DNA from: Eledone cirrhosa
Lineage: Eukaryota
Assembly: GCA_964016885.1 (NCBI GenBank)
Contig: OZ024741.1
Location: 204,910,001-204,974,000, forward strand
Direction: 5' to 3'
Length of the DNA stretch: 64,000 bases
In this document: positions 13,285-26,590 of the stretch, in pieces
How the letters are laid out: each line of letters begins with the position of its first letter
Position numbering within the stretch: position 1 is the first letter of the stretch
Position numbers and translations under genes: made by a program
The notes under the pieces: model-generated
Databases searched by the model: none
Seen by the model: only the letters and a program-made list of their open reading frames with translations
Told to the model about the DNA's origin: nothing

Positions 13285-13319
<35 letters not shown>

Positions 13320-13342
13320 TATATATGCACACACATATACAT

Positions 13343-13855
13343 ATCATCATCATCATCAACATTTTACGACCGCTTTTCCCTGCTTGCAAGGGTGGGACGG
13401 GTCTTATTCAGCACAGCATCTTTCCACTTGTCACGGTCCTTCGTCATCTCCACCGTGAGCTTCAGCAATCTGAGGTCTGTTCTCACCGCCTCCGCCCATG
13501 TTTTTTGTGGTCTACCTCTACCACGTCTTTCTTCAACTGGCATTTCCTGGCACTTCTTCACCCATCGGTCATCCTCCATGCGCATCACATGTCCATACCA
13601 CCTCAGTCTCCTCTCTTGCACACTACATTTTATCCCTCTCAGACACAGTTTCTCTCTCAACACATTTATGCTGGGTCATTCACGCACATTGACATTGCAC
13701 ATCCAACGGAGCATGCTTGTCTCATTTCTCTCCAGCCATCGCATATCCTCTACAGTTGCTGCCCATGTCTCACTACCATGCAGCATCACACTCCTCACAC
13801 AGGCATCATATAACTGGCCTTTCATACGCAGGGAGAAACCCTTCTTCGTCAGCAG
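13343..13855 (-). mobile_element. RTE LINE 3' fragment
   Basis: ORFs 13364..13663 and 13676..14011 (LHGSETW, RRLRWYGHV, GRGRPQKTW). Confidence 0.88.
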
Positions 13856-13991
13856 ACACACATATACATGTATATACACATATATATACATATACATATA
13901 TATATACATATATATATACACATATATACATACACATATATACATACACATATATATACACATATATATATATATACATATATATACATAA

Positions 13992-14020
<29 letters not shown>

Positions 14021-14023
<3 letters not shown>

Positions 14024-14997
14024 GCTGATGATCTGGTTCTTATAGCAGAATCAGTAGAGGACTGAGAGCAGAATCAGTAGAGGACTGAGAGTGAACCTAG
14101 CTAAGACAAAAGTGTTGATGAGTAGAAAAGAGGACAAAACTCTGATTCCATCAGGGAAATGGCCATGTTCGATATGCAGAAAAGGAACTGGCATAAATTC
14201 TATAAAATGCACATAATGCAGATCCTGGGTACACAAGAGATGTAGCGGGATAGCAGGCAAAACTAACAGGTAGGGAGAAATACATATGCAGTAGATGTAC
14301 AGGGAATTTAGACAGTAGAAGTCGCATTGATAGACACATTTTTCAAATGCAGGCGGGTGCTATAGAAGTTGTGGATAGCTTCCGGTACCTAGGAGATCAG
14401 AATAGCATGGGAGGAGGGTGTTCCGAGGCCATAGTATCTAGAATAAGGACGGGTTGGAAGAAGTTTAGGGAGCTGCTTCCTCTGCTGATGAAGAAGGGTT
14501 TCTCCCTGCGTACGAAAGGCCGGTTATATGATGCCTGTGTGAGGAGCGCGATGCTGCACGGTAGTGAGACTTGGGCAGCAACTGCAGAGGATATGCGACG
14601 GCTGGGGAGAAATGAGGTAAGCATGCTCCGTTGGATGTGCAATGTCAATGTGCGTGAACGACCCAGCATGGATGTGTTGAGAGAGAAACTGTGTCTGAGA
14701 GGGATGGAATGTAGTGTGCGAGAGAGGAGACTGTGGTGGTAGGGACATGCGATGCGCGTGGAGGATGACCGATTGGTGAAGAAGTGCCAGGAAATGCCAG
14801 TTGAAGGAAGACGTGGTAGAGGTAGACCAGGAAAAACATGGGCGGAGGTGGTGAAAACAGACCTCAGATCGCTGAAGCTCACAGTGGAGATGAAGGACCG
14901 TAACAAGTGGAGAGATGCTGTGCTGAATAAGACCCGTCTAACCCTTGCAAGCAGGGAAAAGTGGACGTAAAATGACGATGATGATGATGATGATGAT
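14021..14997 (+). mobile_element. RTE LINE 3' fragment
   Basis: YADDLVL, FRYLGD, LHGSETW, GRGRPGKTW, (gat)n tail. Confidence 0.88.
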
Positions 14998-15054
14998 ATA
15001 TACTAGCTGGCCTGTCCGGCTGGTGCCCGACTACCACTGGCGTGTTCTACATAC

Positions 15055-15085
<31 letters not shown>

Positions 15086-15087
15086 GT

Positions 15088-15470
15088 GAAGGCGCATGGG
15101 CTTGCAATCGAAAGGTTGTGAGTTCAATTCTTGGACTGGGTGATGTGGTGTTTCCTTGAGCAACACACTTTATTTCACGTTTCTCCAGTTTACTCAGCTG
15201 AAAATGAGTACCAGCAATAGCTGGAGGTTTAACCCTGTGATGGACTGGCATCCTGTCCAGTGGGGAGTCTTGTACTCTCAGTCGCTTCATGCCATGAAGC
15301 CGGGATAAGCACCGGCCAAAATGAGCCTTCTGGCTTAAGACAGACTTTAGACTTACAGCCTGCCCGCCCAGCCAGTGGGATGGTGTCATCGTATGGCTAA
15401 AACAGCACGTGCTGTGACCAGCAAGCCGAATGGCGCCCAACAGATTGGTTGGTCAAGGTGATCAAGGTCA
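15088..15470 (+). mobile_element. tRNA-derived SINE (family B); related copies at ~13165-13283, 28064-28400, 31750-31950, 34005-34140, 41693-41830, 45983-46052 and 61550-61735
   Basis: Head ggcgcatgg...gttgtgagttcaattc, body ccttgagcaa(g)acactttatttc...cagctgaaaatgagtacc. Confidence 0.75.
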
Positions 15471-16324
15471 TATATATATATATAACTCCCAAAATATGTT
15501 TCTGTTGTAAGTAGAGTATGGTCTGGCCAACTGATCAGACACTCCTCATAATGGTGCCACCCAGTTCCACAGTGTAAGCGTGGTTGGTGCTAGGAAGGGC
15601 ATCCAGCAGCTGTAAAAATCTCAGCCAAAATACAGTTCCATTCAAACAAGGCGTGGCATAGCCAACTGGCCAGACTTGTCTCATAATGGTGCCACGCAGT
15701 TCCACACTGTAAACATGGCTGTCGGTAGTAAGGGCATCAAACGGATGTAAAAACCCAGCCTACACACGGCCCCAAAATGAGCAAAGCATGGCGCAGCCAA
15801 CTGGCCAGAACTATCTAATGATGAAACCACCCAGCTCCCAAAATATGGTTCTGTTGTGAACAGGGTAAGGTGCAGCCAACTGGCCAGACCCTAATAAAGG
15901 CACCATCTAGTTCCACACTCTAAACTATGGTTGGTGTTAGGAAGGACATCCAGTTGTAAAAATCCCATCTAGCCGTTTGAGCAACTGGCTAGACTTGCAT
16001 CATAATGTGGATGACCCGTCAAACCCATGCAAACATGGAACAATAGACGTTAAACGGTGATGATATATATATATTATATATTGTTATATTCGAGGATGGT
16101 CATGGTGCCAATATTGCCAATAGAAAGAAACACTCGCACCATATAATATTCACTTTATCTTCATTGTTCATTATTCACTTGTTTATCAAAATTATTTCGT
16201 CACATATTCTGTGACCTCCTCAATGATTATCTGTTTTGTGCCTCCTCTTTTTCCTGGTCTTAAACTTCTACTTCATCTTGTCTTTTTTCACATAATAGAG
16301 TAGTAGTGTAATATATAGGAAATG

Positions 16325-18972
16325 ACAATGGAGTAGGAAGTGTAGGCATCCTAATAGCTGAGAAATGGATAGATAAGGTGATAGAGTTAGTGAGAATGAC
16401 AGAATCATCATGCTTAGATTAACTGTAGGAAACAGACTGGATAATTAGATCTACCTATGCCCCACAGGTAGGACTGGGTAAAGAACAAAAGGAGAGGTTC
16501 TATGAGAAACTTTTACAGACAACTTCAGGTATTGACAAAAGAGACCTCTTCATCCTGGCAGGCGACTTTAATGGACATGTGGGACAGTACCAGGATGGTT
16601 TCAGTGGAGTCCATGGCAACTATGGTTATGGCTCAAGGAATGAAGAGGGGGCTGAGACTCCTGGAATTCTGTGACACAAATGAACTAACCATTTGCAACA
16701 CAAATTTCAGGAAACCAGCCAACCACCTGATTTCATATCAATCTGGTGAACACACAAGCCAAATTGATTACTTACTTGTTAGACAACAAGACAAACGGAC
16801 TGTAATAAATACTAAGACCTTCTCCGGGGAAGAATGCTCTTCCCAGCACAAGTTAGTTATTAGTGACATCAAAATAAACGAAAGACAGAACAAAACGCGC
16901 AGGAAAATATGGAGACAGAGTGTGTGGAAGCTAAAGGACCTCTTGGTTAAATATAGATTTAGAAAGGTCCTATGGGATGTGCTTAATGAGAGGGGTGACA
17001 AGCTTGATACATACAACATAGAGGACAACTGGAAATTCTTACACGACAACCTTTTATGAACTACTGGCGAAACTTGTGATTGGAGTAAAGTGCCATCCAG
17101 ATAGAGTGTGACCTGGTGGTGGAACAGCACAGTAAAGGCAGCTATTAAAGCCAAGAGACAGGCAAGGAAAGACTGGAAAGATTGAGGTAGCAGTGACTGG
17201 TATCAAGTAGCTAAGAAAGAAGCTAGGTGACAGGTATACATAGTTTGGAGAGAGGCTGAAGAAAGTAAATTTGCCAATGTCTTGAGATGCGAGGATCAGA
17301 GGCATGAAGTGTTCTATATTGCAAGGCTGTGTTAGTGTGAATCGAGATGTGGGAGAAAAATCTCTTAGAAATGGCGCTGGTATACTTGGTACCACTGATG
17401 CCCAAAAGAAAGAGGCCTGCAAATTATACTATGAGAGATTAATGAATGTAGAGAATGACCGGGAGGAAGAAAAACTACACTCAACTTACCCAAAGGAAGG
17501 ACCAGCTATTGAAGTTGATAGTTTTAAGGTCAAAGACGCAATCAAGATGAAAAATAGTAAAGCTGCTGGACCATCAGAGATAGTTGCTGAGATACTAAAA
17601 GCATCAAGATAGGTAGGAGTCAAAACAGTCACCCATATAATAAATCATGTAATACATGATCCAATGACTGTATAATCAGAAATTGCTACAAGGGCAAAGG
17701 TGATGCTCTAGAAAGGAGCAACAACAGAGGAATAAAATTAATGGACCAAGTTATGAAAGTGACCAAAAGAGTTATAGCACAGCTAATTAGGGAAAGATTA
17801 AACGCAATTTGGTTTCATGCCTGGGAAAAGTACTACAGGTACCTTCTTCTTAGTGAGGCAACTACAAAAGAAGTTCCTAGCTAAAAATAAACCACTATAT
17901 TTAACTTTTATTGATCTAGAGAAGGCCTTTGACAGAGTACCTCAATCCATTATCTGGTGTTCCTTAAGGAAATTAGGTGTAGAAAAATGGCTTGTAAGAG
18001 TAGTGCAAGATATGTATAGAGAGCTATCCAGTAAAGTGAGAGTTGGAAATAAGTTTAGCAAGGAATTCAAGGTACAGGTAGGAGTCCATCAAGGTTCAGT
18101 TCTTAGCCCACTGATGTTCATCATAGTTCTTCAAGCTATAACAGAGGTGCTCTATGCAGATGATTTGGTCCTTATAGCTGAAACCAAAAAAGAATTAGAA
18201 AATAAATTCCAATTATGGAAACTGAGGAAATTCAAAAGCCTGAGAGTAAACTTAGCCAAAACTGAAGTGCTAGTGAGTAGGAGAAAAGACAGGATCCAGA
18301 TTCCCTCAGGGAAGTGGCCATGCAGAAAAGGAGTAGGCATAAACGCCATACAATGTATACAATATAAATCTTGGGTACATAAAAGATGTAGTGGGTTAAC
18401 AAGTAGACTAACAGGAAGAGAGAACTTTACTTGTAGAAGTTGCACAGGAGAAATAGAGAGGAAGGCTGCTAATGATATAAAACATTTCCAGTCACAGGAA
18501 GGATCCATAGACATGGTTGATAGCTTCTGTTACCTGGGTGATCTAATTAGCAGTGGTGCTGACAGCAAATGGTTTGTCTCCATGTACAAAAGGATGACTG
18601 TATGATGCTTGTGTGTGAAGTGCGATGCTGCATGGTAGTGAAACATGGGTTGTGACTGCAGAGGACATACGTAGTACGTAGACTGGAGAGAAATGAAGCA
18701 GCCATGTTTCATTGGATGTGCAATGTAAATGTGATAGAAGAATAGCTTGGACAAGCTGAGAGAAAAGCTGGGCTTAAGGAGAATCCAAAATAGTTTGCAA
18801 GAGAGAAGACTGCATTGGTACGGACATAAGATGCGCATGGGCAATGGCTGATGGGTGAAGAAATGCCTGGCAATCCCAGTGGAAGGAAGTCGCAAAAGAG
18901 GACATGCTGAGAAGGACCTGTCCAACCCATGCAAGCATGGAAAAGTGGATGTAAAAGCGATGATGATGATGA
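16325..18972 (+). mobile_element. RTE-clade LINE, decayed (APE + RT + Cys/His finger, (GAT)n tail)
   Basis: GDFNGHVG, QIDYLLVR, FIDLEKAFDRVP, GVHQGSVLSP, LYADDLVL, WVHKRCSG; ends in gatgatgat. Confidence 0.9.
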
Positions 18973-20069
18973 TTATAAATATACATATATATATACATAT
19001 AAGTTAAGATATTATTTAATGTAATCCAAGTAGAGGTTATGAGTACTCTGTATCGAGAATAGTTTTAACAGTTGGCGTTGTTTGACTCAACAAGTAGTTT
19101 CCTTAGTTGGGTGGCCCATTTAAGAAAGTTCCTAGGTAAGCGATTCTTGGAGTAATAATAGTAAATGAGTGAAGAATAACGTGGTCGGCTGTACAATAGG
19201 GTTTATTCAAAGTATTAACAATTGTTTCATTAGTCTGGTGTATCTAAAAATCGCTGATCACCAGAGGCTACGTCACTCGATTTTAATTACAGTCGATATC
19301 CAACTAAATCATATATATTAATTTGATTAAAATAATTCCGAGATGGTCTACAGCAACAATAACACCTATTTCACAGGCCATCTCTGTATCAAATATTTTC
19401 TCTATACTCTGTCTGTGTTTGCCATAATTGTTTTATCGATAAACTAATTATGCAATCCACACCTGATGATGTCACCAGCATCTTACATAACCAGGCTATT
19501 GAAATATGTATAGTATTTTTTTCAACAATAAAACTTTAAAGGAATATTACCAGTCTGGGCTACTGTTTTTTTAAATCAAATTAATATTTAACTCCGTTCC
19601 TGCACCAGCTCATGAGATTTAACATCAGCAATGGATGAGTTGCATAATGTAGAGTGCTTTTCCTACTATTACATCATGATTAACTAAATGAAATGACCAG
19701 TTCTGTCCATTGGTGAACCACAAAACTTTATATATATATATATATATGTATGGTACCAGGAAAAACAGGAATAACTAGGCAGGAAAAATTGGTCAGAAGG
19801 AAAAATTTATTGAGAGTTCATTCTTTAACATATGTTTCTGGACTATAACCGTCTTATAAAGTCAAAATAATCGCCATCATCATTCAGGATGGCAGATCTG
19901 TAGGTGTGAGGTTGGGCGAACATGGCACAGCAGAACCTCACAACCTAGCTCCAGCAGCTTCTCACTGGTCATCTTTGATGTATGTAGCCAAGCGTTACCA
20001 TGAATCAAACCAGACCATGGTGTGGGCACACCTGTGGATTTTCACCACTAATCTGTTAAGTTGTTGGCA

Positions 20070-21070
20070 ATAGACTAATGTCATAGTAAGTAGGAAAGAT
20101 GACATGGCCCTGATTTGACCAGGGAAATGGCTATACTCAATATACAAAAAAGGCGCTGGTAGAAACTCCATAAAGGGATCAAAATGTAATACATGGGTAC
20201 ACAAGCAGTGTAGCGAGATATCTGGTAGGCTAACAAAGATTGTAGCCTCCTGATGGCTCATTAGAAGTGGTTGACAGCTTCTGTTACCTAGGTGATTTAT
20301 TAGTAATGGGGGAGGATGTTCTGGAAATATAGTAACTAGAATGAGAACCAGGAGAAATAAGTTCAGAGAGTTACTACTTCTGTTGGTCACAAAAGGTCTC
20401 TTCCTCAAAATGGAAGGTTTTTGATGCCTATGTGAGAACTGCAATGTTGCATGGAAATGAGACATGTGGCTTGAATCCAGAGGATTTGTAAAAATTAGGA
20501 AGAAATCAGGCAAGCATGCTCTGATGGATATATAATATTAGTGTGCATGAGAGATGAAGCATAAATGAACTGAGAGAAAAGTTGAACATAAGAGGGATTA
20601 GATGCAGTATATATAACAGAAGACTGTGATGGTTTGGACATGTGATGCATATGAAGAATGATAGCGACATAAAATAGCATAGAGCGTTCAAAGTTAATGG
20701 AAACTGCAAAAGAGAAACTGGAAAACTTGGGATGGTGTGGTCAAGGCTGACCTTGTGATGGCCACACCCATGACCTGATGCTTCCAGAATAAAAATACAC
20801 CAGCACACTCTATAAAGTAGTAGTGCTGGTGCCATAAAGAAAAACACCCAGTCCACTCTGTAAGATGGTAGTGCTGAAGTCACAATAAATGTTTCCAGTA
20901 CATGCTGTAAAGTGGTTGGTGTTAAGAAGGGCATCCAGCCATAGAAACTAAGCCAAAAATGGAATGTACAAGCAAGAAACGATCACCTGACTTGTCTAGC
21001 CCCCAAAATGTGACAGCCTGTCTAATCAATGCAGGCATGAAAAATAGATGTTAAACAATGATTATGATGA
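20070..21070 (+). mobile_element. Decayed RTE 3' fragment with SINE-like tail
   Basis: Similar to 14100-14990, followed by the aagggcatccagc tail motif. Confidence 0.7.
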
Positions 21071-22129
21071 ACATAACATATTTATATATACACACCCTAC
21101 AGCCCTTTTCTTATCAGATATCGGTTGATAGCTGTTGCAGATATTTGTCTCAGTGTGGACTGGACAATAATAACTGTTGAGAAGTGCCCCCAACTTTAAA
21201 TGCTGGTGGTTGGCGAATTTTTTTTTGGGGTCAAAACCCAAATATTTTGGTTAACAAGAATGTTTTGATCAACCATAATATTCTAGTCCAGGTGATGTAG
21301 ATCTGTGAGTATCTCAACTCTTTCTCAATTTAACTGTTGGAATTCTTATATTTCTTTGATTATTATCCATCTGTTTGTTCTATGACACTTTCTTATGAAC
21401 AAATCATTGTGATGTACTCCATAACATCTTTCTCACCCACGTGACTTAGCTTACGTTGAGCAGTTTATAAAAAGCTTGATTGGAAAATTGTGTTGGCTTT
21501 TGTGCTTCTGCTATTAAATTGAATTAATTCTTTATATATATATCATCGTTTAATGTGCATTTTTCCATGATAGCATGGGTTAGACGGGTTATCCCATTGG
21601 ATGCAAGTTGGGTCAGGTGGCTGCATTTTGCTCATAGAGGACTGTTTCTGGCTAGATTTCTACAGTGGATACCCTTCCTGATGCCAACCACATTTACAGT
21701 GTGTACTGGGTGCTTTTTGTTGTGACTCCTACACGACCACTTTACAGTGTGGGCTGGGTGCTTTTAGTCAAGACATCTACATGACCACTTTACAGTGTGG
21801 GCTGAGCGCTTTTTGTTGTGGTAGTTCTATATACTATCTGAAGCTCAGATGACCATTATAAACCTGAAAAATTTCCATGCCAGAGTTTCATAATTGGAAA
21901 GGAGATGAATATTAGCAGCAATGTTATATAAAGAACATTACAAATGGTTCTCTGACTAGTGCAACTGTAATAATGAGAATAATAGCAATAATCAAAGAAA
22001 CCAAAGTATTAATTGGTTGTTAAAGTCAACAGCAACTAGAAATACAGGGATAACAGGAAGAAGTTATTTTTTAGGGTTCATCTAAAGAAAGCTTTCAAAA
22101 GTGTTCCATGTGAAGTGTTAACATGATCA

Positions 22130-23130
22130 CTAAGAGAGTTAGGAATAGAGGAATAATTGGTTAGAGTAGTGATGACAATGTACGAGAGCATGCATACTGT
22201 TGTAAGGATGAAGGACGGAAACAATGACAAATCTGAAGTGAAGATTGGAGTGCATCAGGGATCAGTATTAAGCCTGCTACTATTTGTAGATGTGACAGAA
22301 AAACTGGTCTAAAATGTAAATGAAAGTTTACCATGGGTAGACTGAGAGTGAAGATGAATAGGTGGAAGGAATGCATGGAGGCAAATAGTAAAATATGTGG
22401 TGAGTTGGAAAGAACAAGGTGACTGTGTACAGGAAGGGTGTAGGAGTTAACTCCATTAAATGTGCGGTATATGCTGGGTAGGTATATTGAAAATGTATTG
22501 GTGTGGGAGGATTATTGAATAATAATAATGTAGCAATCAATTTACATGTATGGTGTGGATTGGGAAAGCTGCAGATGGAAAGGATGTTGAGCTGGATCTT
22601 AGAAATGGTGTGAAGATGACGTTAACTCAACAACGGTGGCTAGGTGCATAGAAGAAATTTACGGGACCTGAGTAGTGAACAAGTGGAAGTACTGCTGAAA
22701 CTGAAAAGAAAGGTATATGCTGCATTTGTGAGAAGTGCCATGATTTATTGGAGCAAAACATGGGTGATGAATGTGGAGCAGTAGAGAGGGTTGGAAAGAA
22801 TAGAAATGAGAATGGCTTGGTGGATGAGCAGAATATTACTCAGAGAGGAAGACAAACAATGAATTGCAGAGGATGATGGAAACAGAGTCAGTGATGAATG
22901 TTGTGAAGAGAAATGGGATGGAATGGCTGGTCATGTGTTGAGTAAGGATGAAAGAAACTGAATAAGCGGAATGATGGAAATGAATGTGAAAAGAAGTGAA
23001 GGAAGGAGATGAACAAGAAAGACAAGGCTAAAAATGATTATGTAAGAGGAAATGAAAGCTAGAAGGTCAATGAGGAATGGATACAAAGGATAGAGCAAAA
23101 TGGAGAAACTTGTCATGAGGTCCACAGGGA
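22130..23130 (+). mobile_element. Old RTE-family RT/3' fragment
   Basis: ggagtgcatcagggatcagtattaagc (GVHQGSVLS) followed by RTE C-terminal-like sequence; heavily decayed. Confidence 0.6.
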
Positions 23131-23949
23131 AAATTGCCTTAAACCATCTGTTGTTTGCTTGATATTTTCTCTTTTCACAACCTTTATTATAGTTAATAAT
23201 TATGCTTAAATGTTTTTGAGAGAGGTATATTCTGTTTCACATCCATTTTCTATGCTTGCCATCACTTTTAAAGCTATAAGTAAAGAGTAGGACCTTTTAT
23301 TTTACTGTTTAGTCGGGAAAGTAAAGGTAATACCCATGATTCTTATTTTACTGCTTAGTCAAGGAAGTAACCCTTACCCTTCTTCTGAGACTGATAGCAG
23401 GGAGCTATTCTCAAACTGGAGACCTGGCTCAATTGCTTGCAGCTGAGTGAACTTTGTAAAAAGCACAAAAAGACCAGATGGTGATGTTAACCCTCTCATT
23501 ACCATATTTCTAATGAAAGACACTCCCTATGATTTTTAAAATAAATTTGAAAATATTGAAGAATTTGGAGCGATTTCGAAATATAAATAACTTTCTCATT
23601 ATTAAGATGGCATTTTGGACCATATCTTAAAGGTTCTTACATAAAAGTATGATTTAGCATTTTTACATAAATATTAACCCTTTCATTACTATGTTTTTAA
23701 TGAAAATCATTGCCCATTATTTAAAAATCATTTTGAAAATAATCAAGATTTTGGAAAGATTTAGTAACATAACTAACTTTCTCATTATAGGTATCACAGT
23801 AGAGCTCCAATAAAAGGCAACAAGCACAGTTTGACCACACAAACATCCACTTTTGCTTGATCATTTTCATGTCAAAATACATTTTTTCCATGGACAATTA
23901 TAAACCCTCCTTCTTGCACTTGCAGTAAAAGCAGGCACGAAGAATCACA

Positions 23950-25010
23950 GCAAAGACAGTAAAGGTGTCTAAAGTTAAGACACGAGAGGACTTTGGGGTC
24001 AAACTGGAATCCGACTTCAGATAAAGTGTTCTGGCAAACCATCCGCCAACTTTGTAATAAGAAGCCCTCCTCCACACATATCAGGAGGAGAGAATACTTT
24101 TCTGATCTCCTAAACTCCATCACAACAGCATCTTCTGATGCACACAAGGTACATCTAGAAGCAGTGACTAATCTCTCAGAGACTGAGGTCACAAGAGCAG
24201 TTAAAGAGCTCAAATGTGGTAAGGCTGCTGGGAAAGATGAAATCTGGCCCAAGATGTTAAAAACTTTAAATAGAGAAGGTGTTCTCTGGCTGACTTGTGT
24301 GTGCCGAGTGGCCTGTAACTCTGCTGGAAAGGCCCCTAAGCAATGGCAATCAGGAGTGATAATCCCAATTTTCAAAAAGGGAGACAAGAGAAATTGTTCC
24401 TATTACAGAGGGATCTCCTTGTTAAGACTTCCTGGTAAAGTCTACGCTAAGTGTCTGGCAAAGAGAAGTAGGAGATTGTCAAGTCCAAGTTAGTTGATGA
24501 ACCCTGGACACAACACAGCCGACCAAATATTCACACTGCAGCAGGTCTTCGAGAAATCGTGGGACATATAGTCTTGTTTTGTAGAGCTTGAAAAGGCATA
24601 TGACTGCATTCCCTGGGAATGCAGGAGTATAAAATCGATGGTCAGCTTCTTGCTGCCCCAAGGTCTCTATACAAAAACCCAATTATTTTTGTTCGGATAA
24701 ATGGTGCTAAATCGAAACCATTCAATGTGGGACTCGGACTCCGCCAAGGGTGCATACTGTCACCTCCCCTGTTCATTATTTTCATGAACAGGATTGACAT
24801 GCTCAGCTGGGTTGGAAGTGGTATCACGACTGGCAATTGTAAAATCAGTTAGCTGGAATTTGCAGATGACGTGGTATTACTTAACTAGACAGAAGGTGAT
24901 CTCCGACTTGCACTTGATAGGTTTGATGCCGAGTACTACATGGCTGGAATGAAAATCAGTGCTGCAAAAACTGAGACACTTGTCCTCTCAAGGAAGCCTG
25001 CGCAGTGCAA
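23950..25010 (+). mobile_element. RTE-type LINE RT fragment (second family)
   Basis: GKAAGKDEI, IPIFKKGD, YRGISLL, GLRQGCILSP. Confidence 0.85.
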
Positions 25011-25139
25011 AGAGAAGAAAGTCATCCTGAATATGAGCTGGACAAAGGAAGCTAAGGCAGACGACACAGCAGAAGACAAGACAGACGACTTCAACAACCT
25101 AGTCAAACTAGCAGAGAAAGCATCAAGTGACCAAAAAGC

Positions 25140-26590
25140 TAGCAGATAAATTCCAGGAGACTGAGGAACAACTGAAACGATAGGCAGAGTACTTCAGGGA
25201 ACCACCAGATATGCCATCAGTAGAGACTTAACTACCCATCAACTGAGACAAATCCTCAAAAGCAGAGATCAAGAAAGCCATCCTGACACTGAAAAATGGG
25301 AAAGCTGCAGGGCCAGATGAAATACCAGCAGAAGCCATCAAAGCAGATACAGAGACAACTGTCAATATGCTAAAGAGCCTCTTCAGTAAGGTCTGGGAGA
25401 AGGAAGAGGTACTGACCCAATGGAAGGAAGAGTTCATCATTAAACCGCTGAAGAAAGGTGACCTCAGGGACTGCAGAAACTACCTAGGGATTATGCTCCT
25501 GTCAGTTCTGGGCAAGGCTCTCAACAAAGTACTACTGGAAAGGATAAGGGAAGCAGTCGACCCCAAATTCCGGGATCAGCAGGTGAGATTTTGCAGGAAC
25601 AGATCCTGTGCTGATCAGACCTGCAGCCTACACAACATTGTGGAACAGTCACTGAAGTGGAATTCCCCACTCTACATCAACTTCATAGACTACAAGAAAG
25701 CGTTCAACAGTGTGGACAGAAAGACAGCGTGGAAGCTGCTGATGCTCTATGGAGTGCCTGGAAAGATTATCTCCCTAATCTGGTGCACTTACCAAGACAT
25801 GAGCCCATGCCAGCCAACTATCAGAGTCTCAATTTTGCTGATGACCTGGTACTCTCATCATAGTGACGACCGGACACAGAACAACACCTCACCCTTGGAG
25901 ACCACATCAGCTAGGACAGGGCGGCTCAAGAAAATCGAGGTGATGAAGACCAACACACCAGTCACAGTCAGTGAGGAGCCCATCAGAGAGGTGGAGTCAT
26001 TTATCAACCTGGGAAGTGTGGTTGATCGATGTGGGGGAACTGACTGAGACATCACAGCCAGGATTGGCAAGGCAAGAGCAGCTTTCATCATGCTAAAGAA
26101 TGTCTGGCCATCAAAAGAGATCTGCCCAAGAACTAAACTTCGCACCAACTCCGTGAAGGTGGTACTGCTGTACGGATGTAAACGGATGAGGACAACAAAG
26201 AAGATACAGCAGAAGATCCAGACATTCTTCAACACTGTCTGAGGCACATCTACAACATCAAATGGCTGAAGATCAGAAACAAAATCTGTGGGAGTAAGTG
26301 GGACAGGAAAGGGTGGTAAAGCAGAGTCTGCAAAGGAAGTGGAGCTGGATTGGACATATCCTCAGGAAACCAGCATCCAACACCACACACCTAGCCCTAA
26401 CCTGGAACCTGCAGGGTAAGAGGAAGACAGGCAGGCTTCGCGGGAGCTGGAGGCATGACACTGAGGATGAGTTAAGAAAACTGGAAGCCAACTGGAGTGG
26501 AGTGGTGAGCAGCCCAGGATCATGTATGATAGTGGAGGGTTGTCAATGGCATGTGCTCCACTGAGAGAGATGGGGCTGAATGAAATGAAT
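25140..26590 (+). mobile_element. RTE (BovB-like) LINE fragment (third family)
   Basis: GKAAGPDEIP, FIDYKKAFNSVD, FADDL, KWSWIGHILRK, ALTWNLQGKRKTGR. Confidence 0.85.

Noticed and set aside
18300-18450. Host PHD/zinc-finger gene
   Set aside because: The Cys/His finger is an integral part of the RTE ORF and recurs in every copy.
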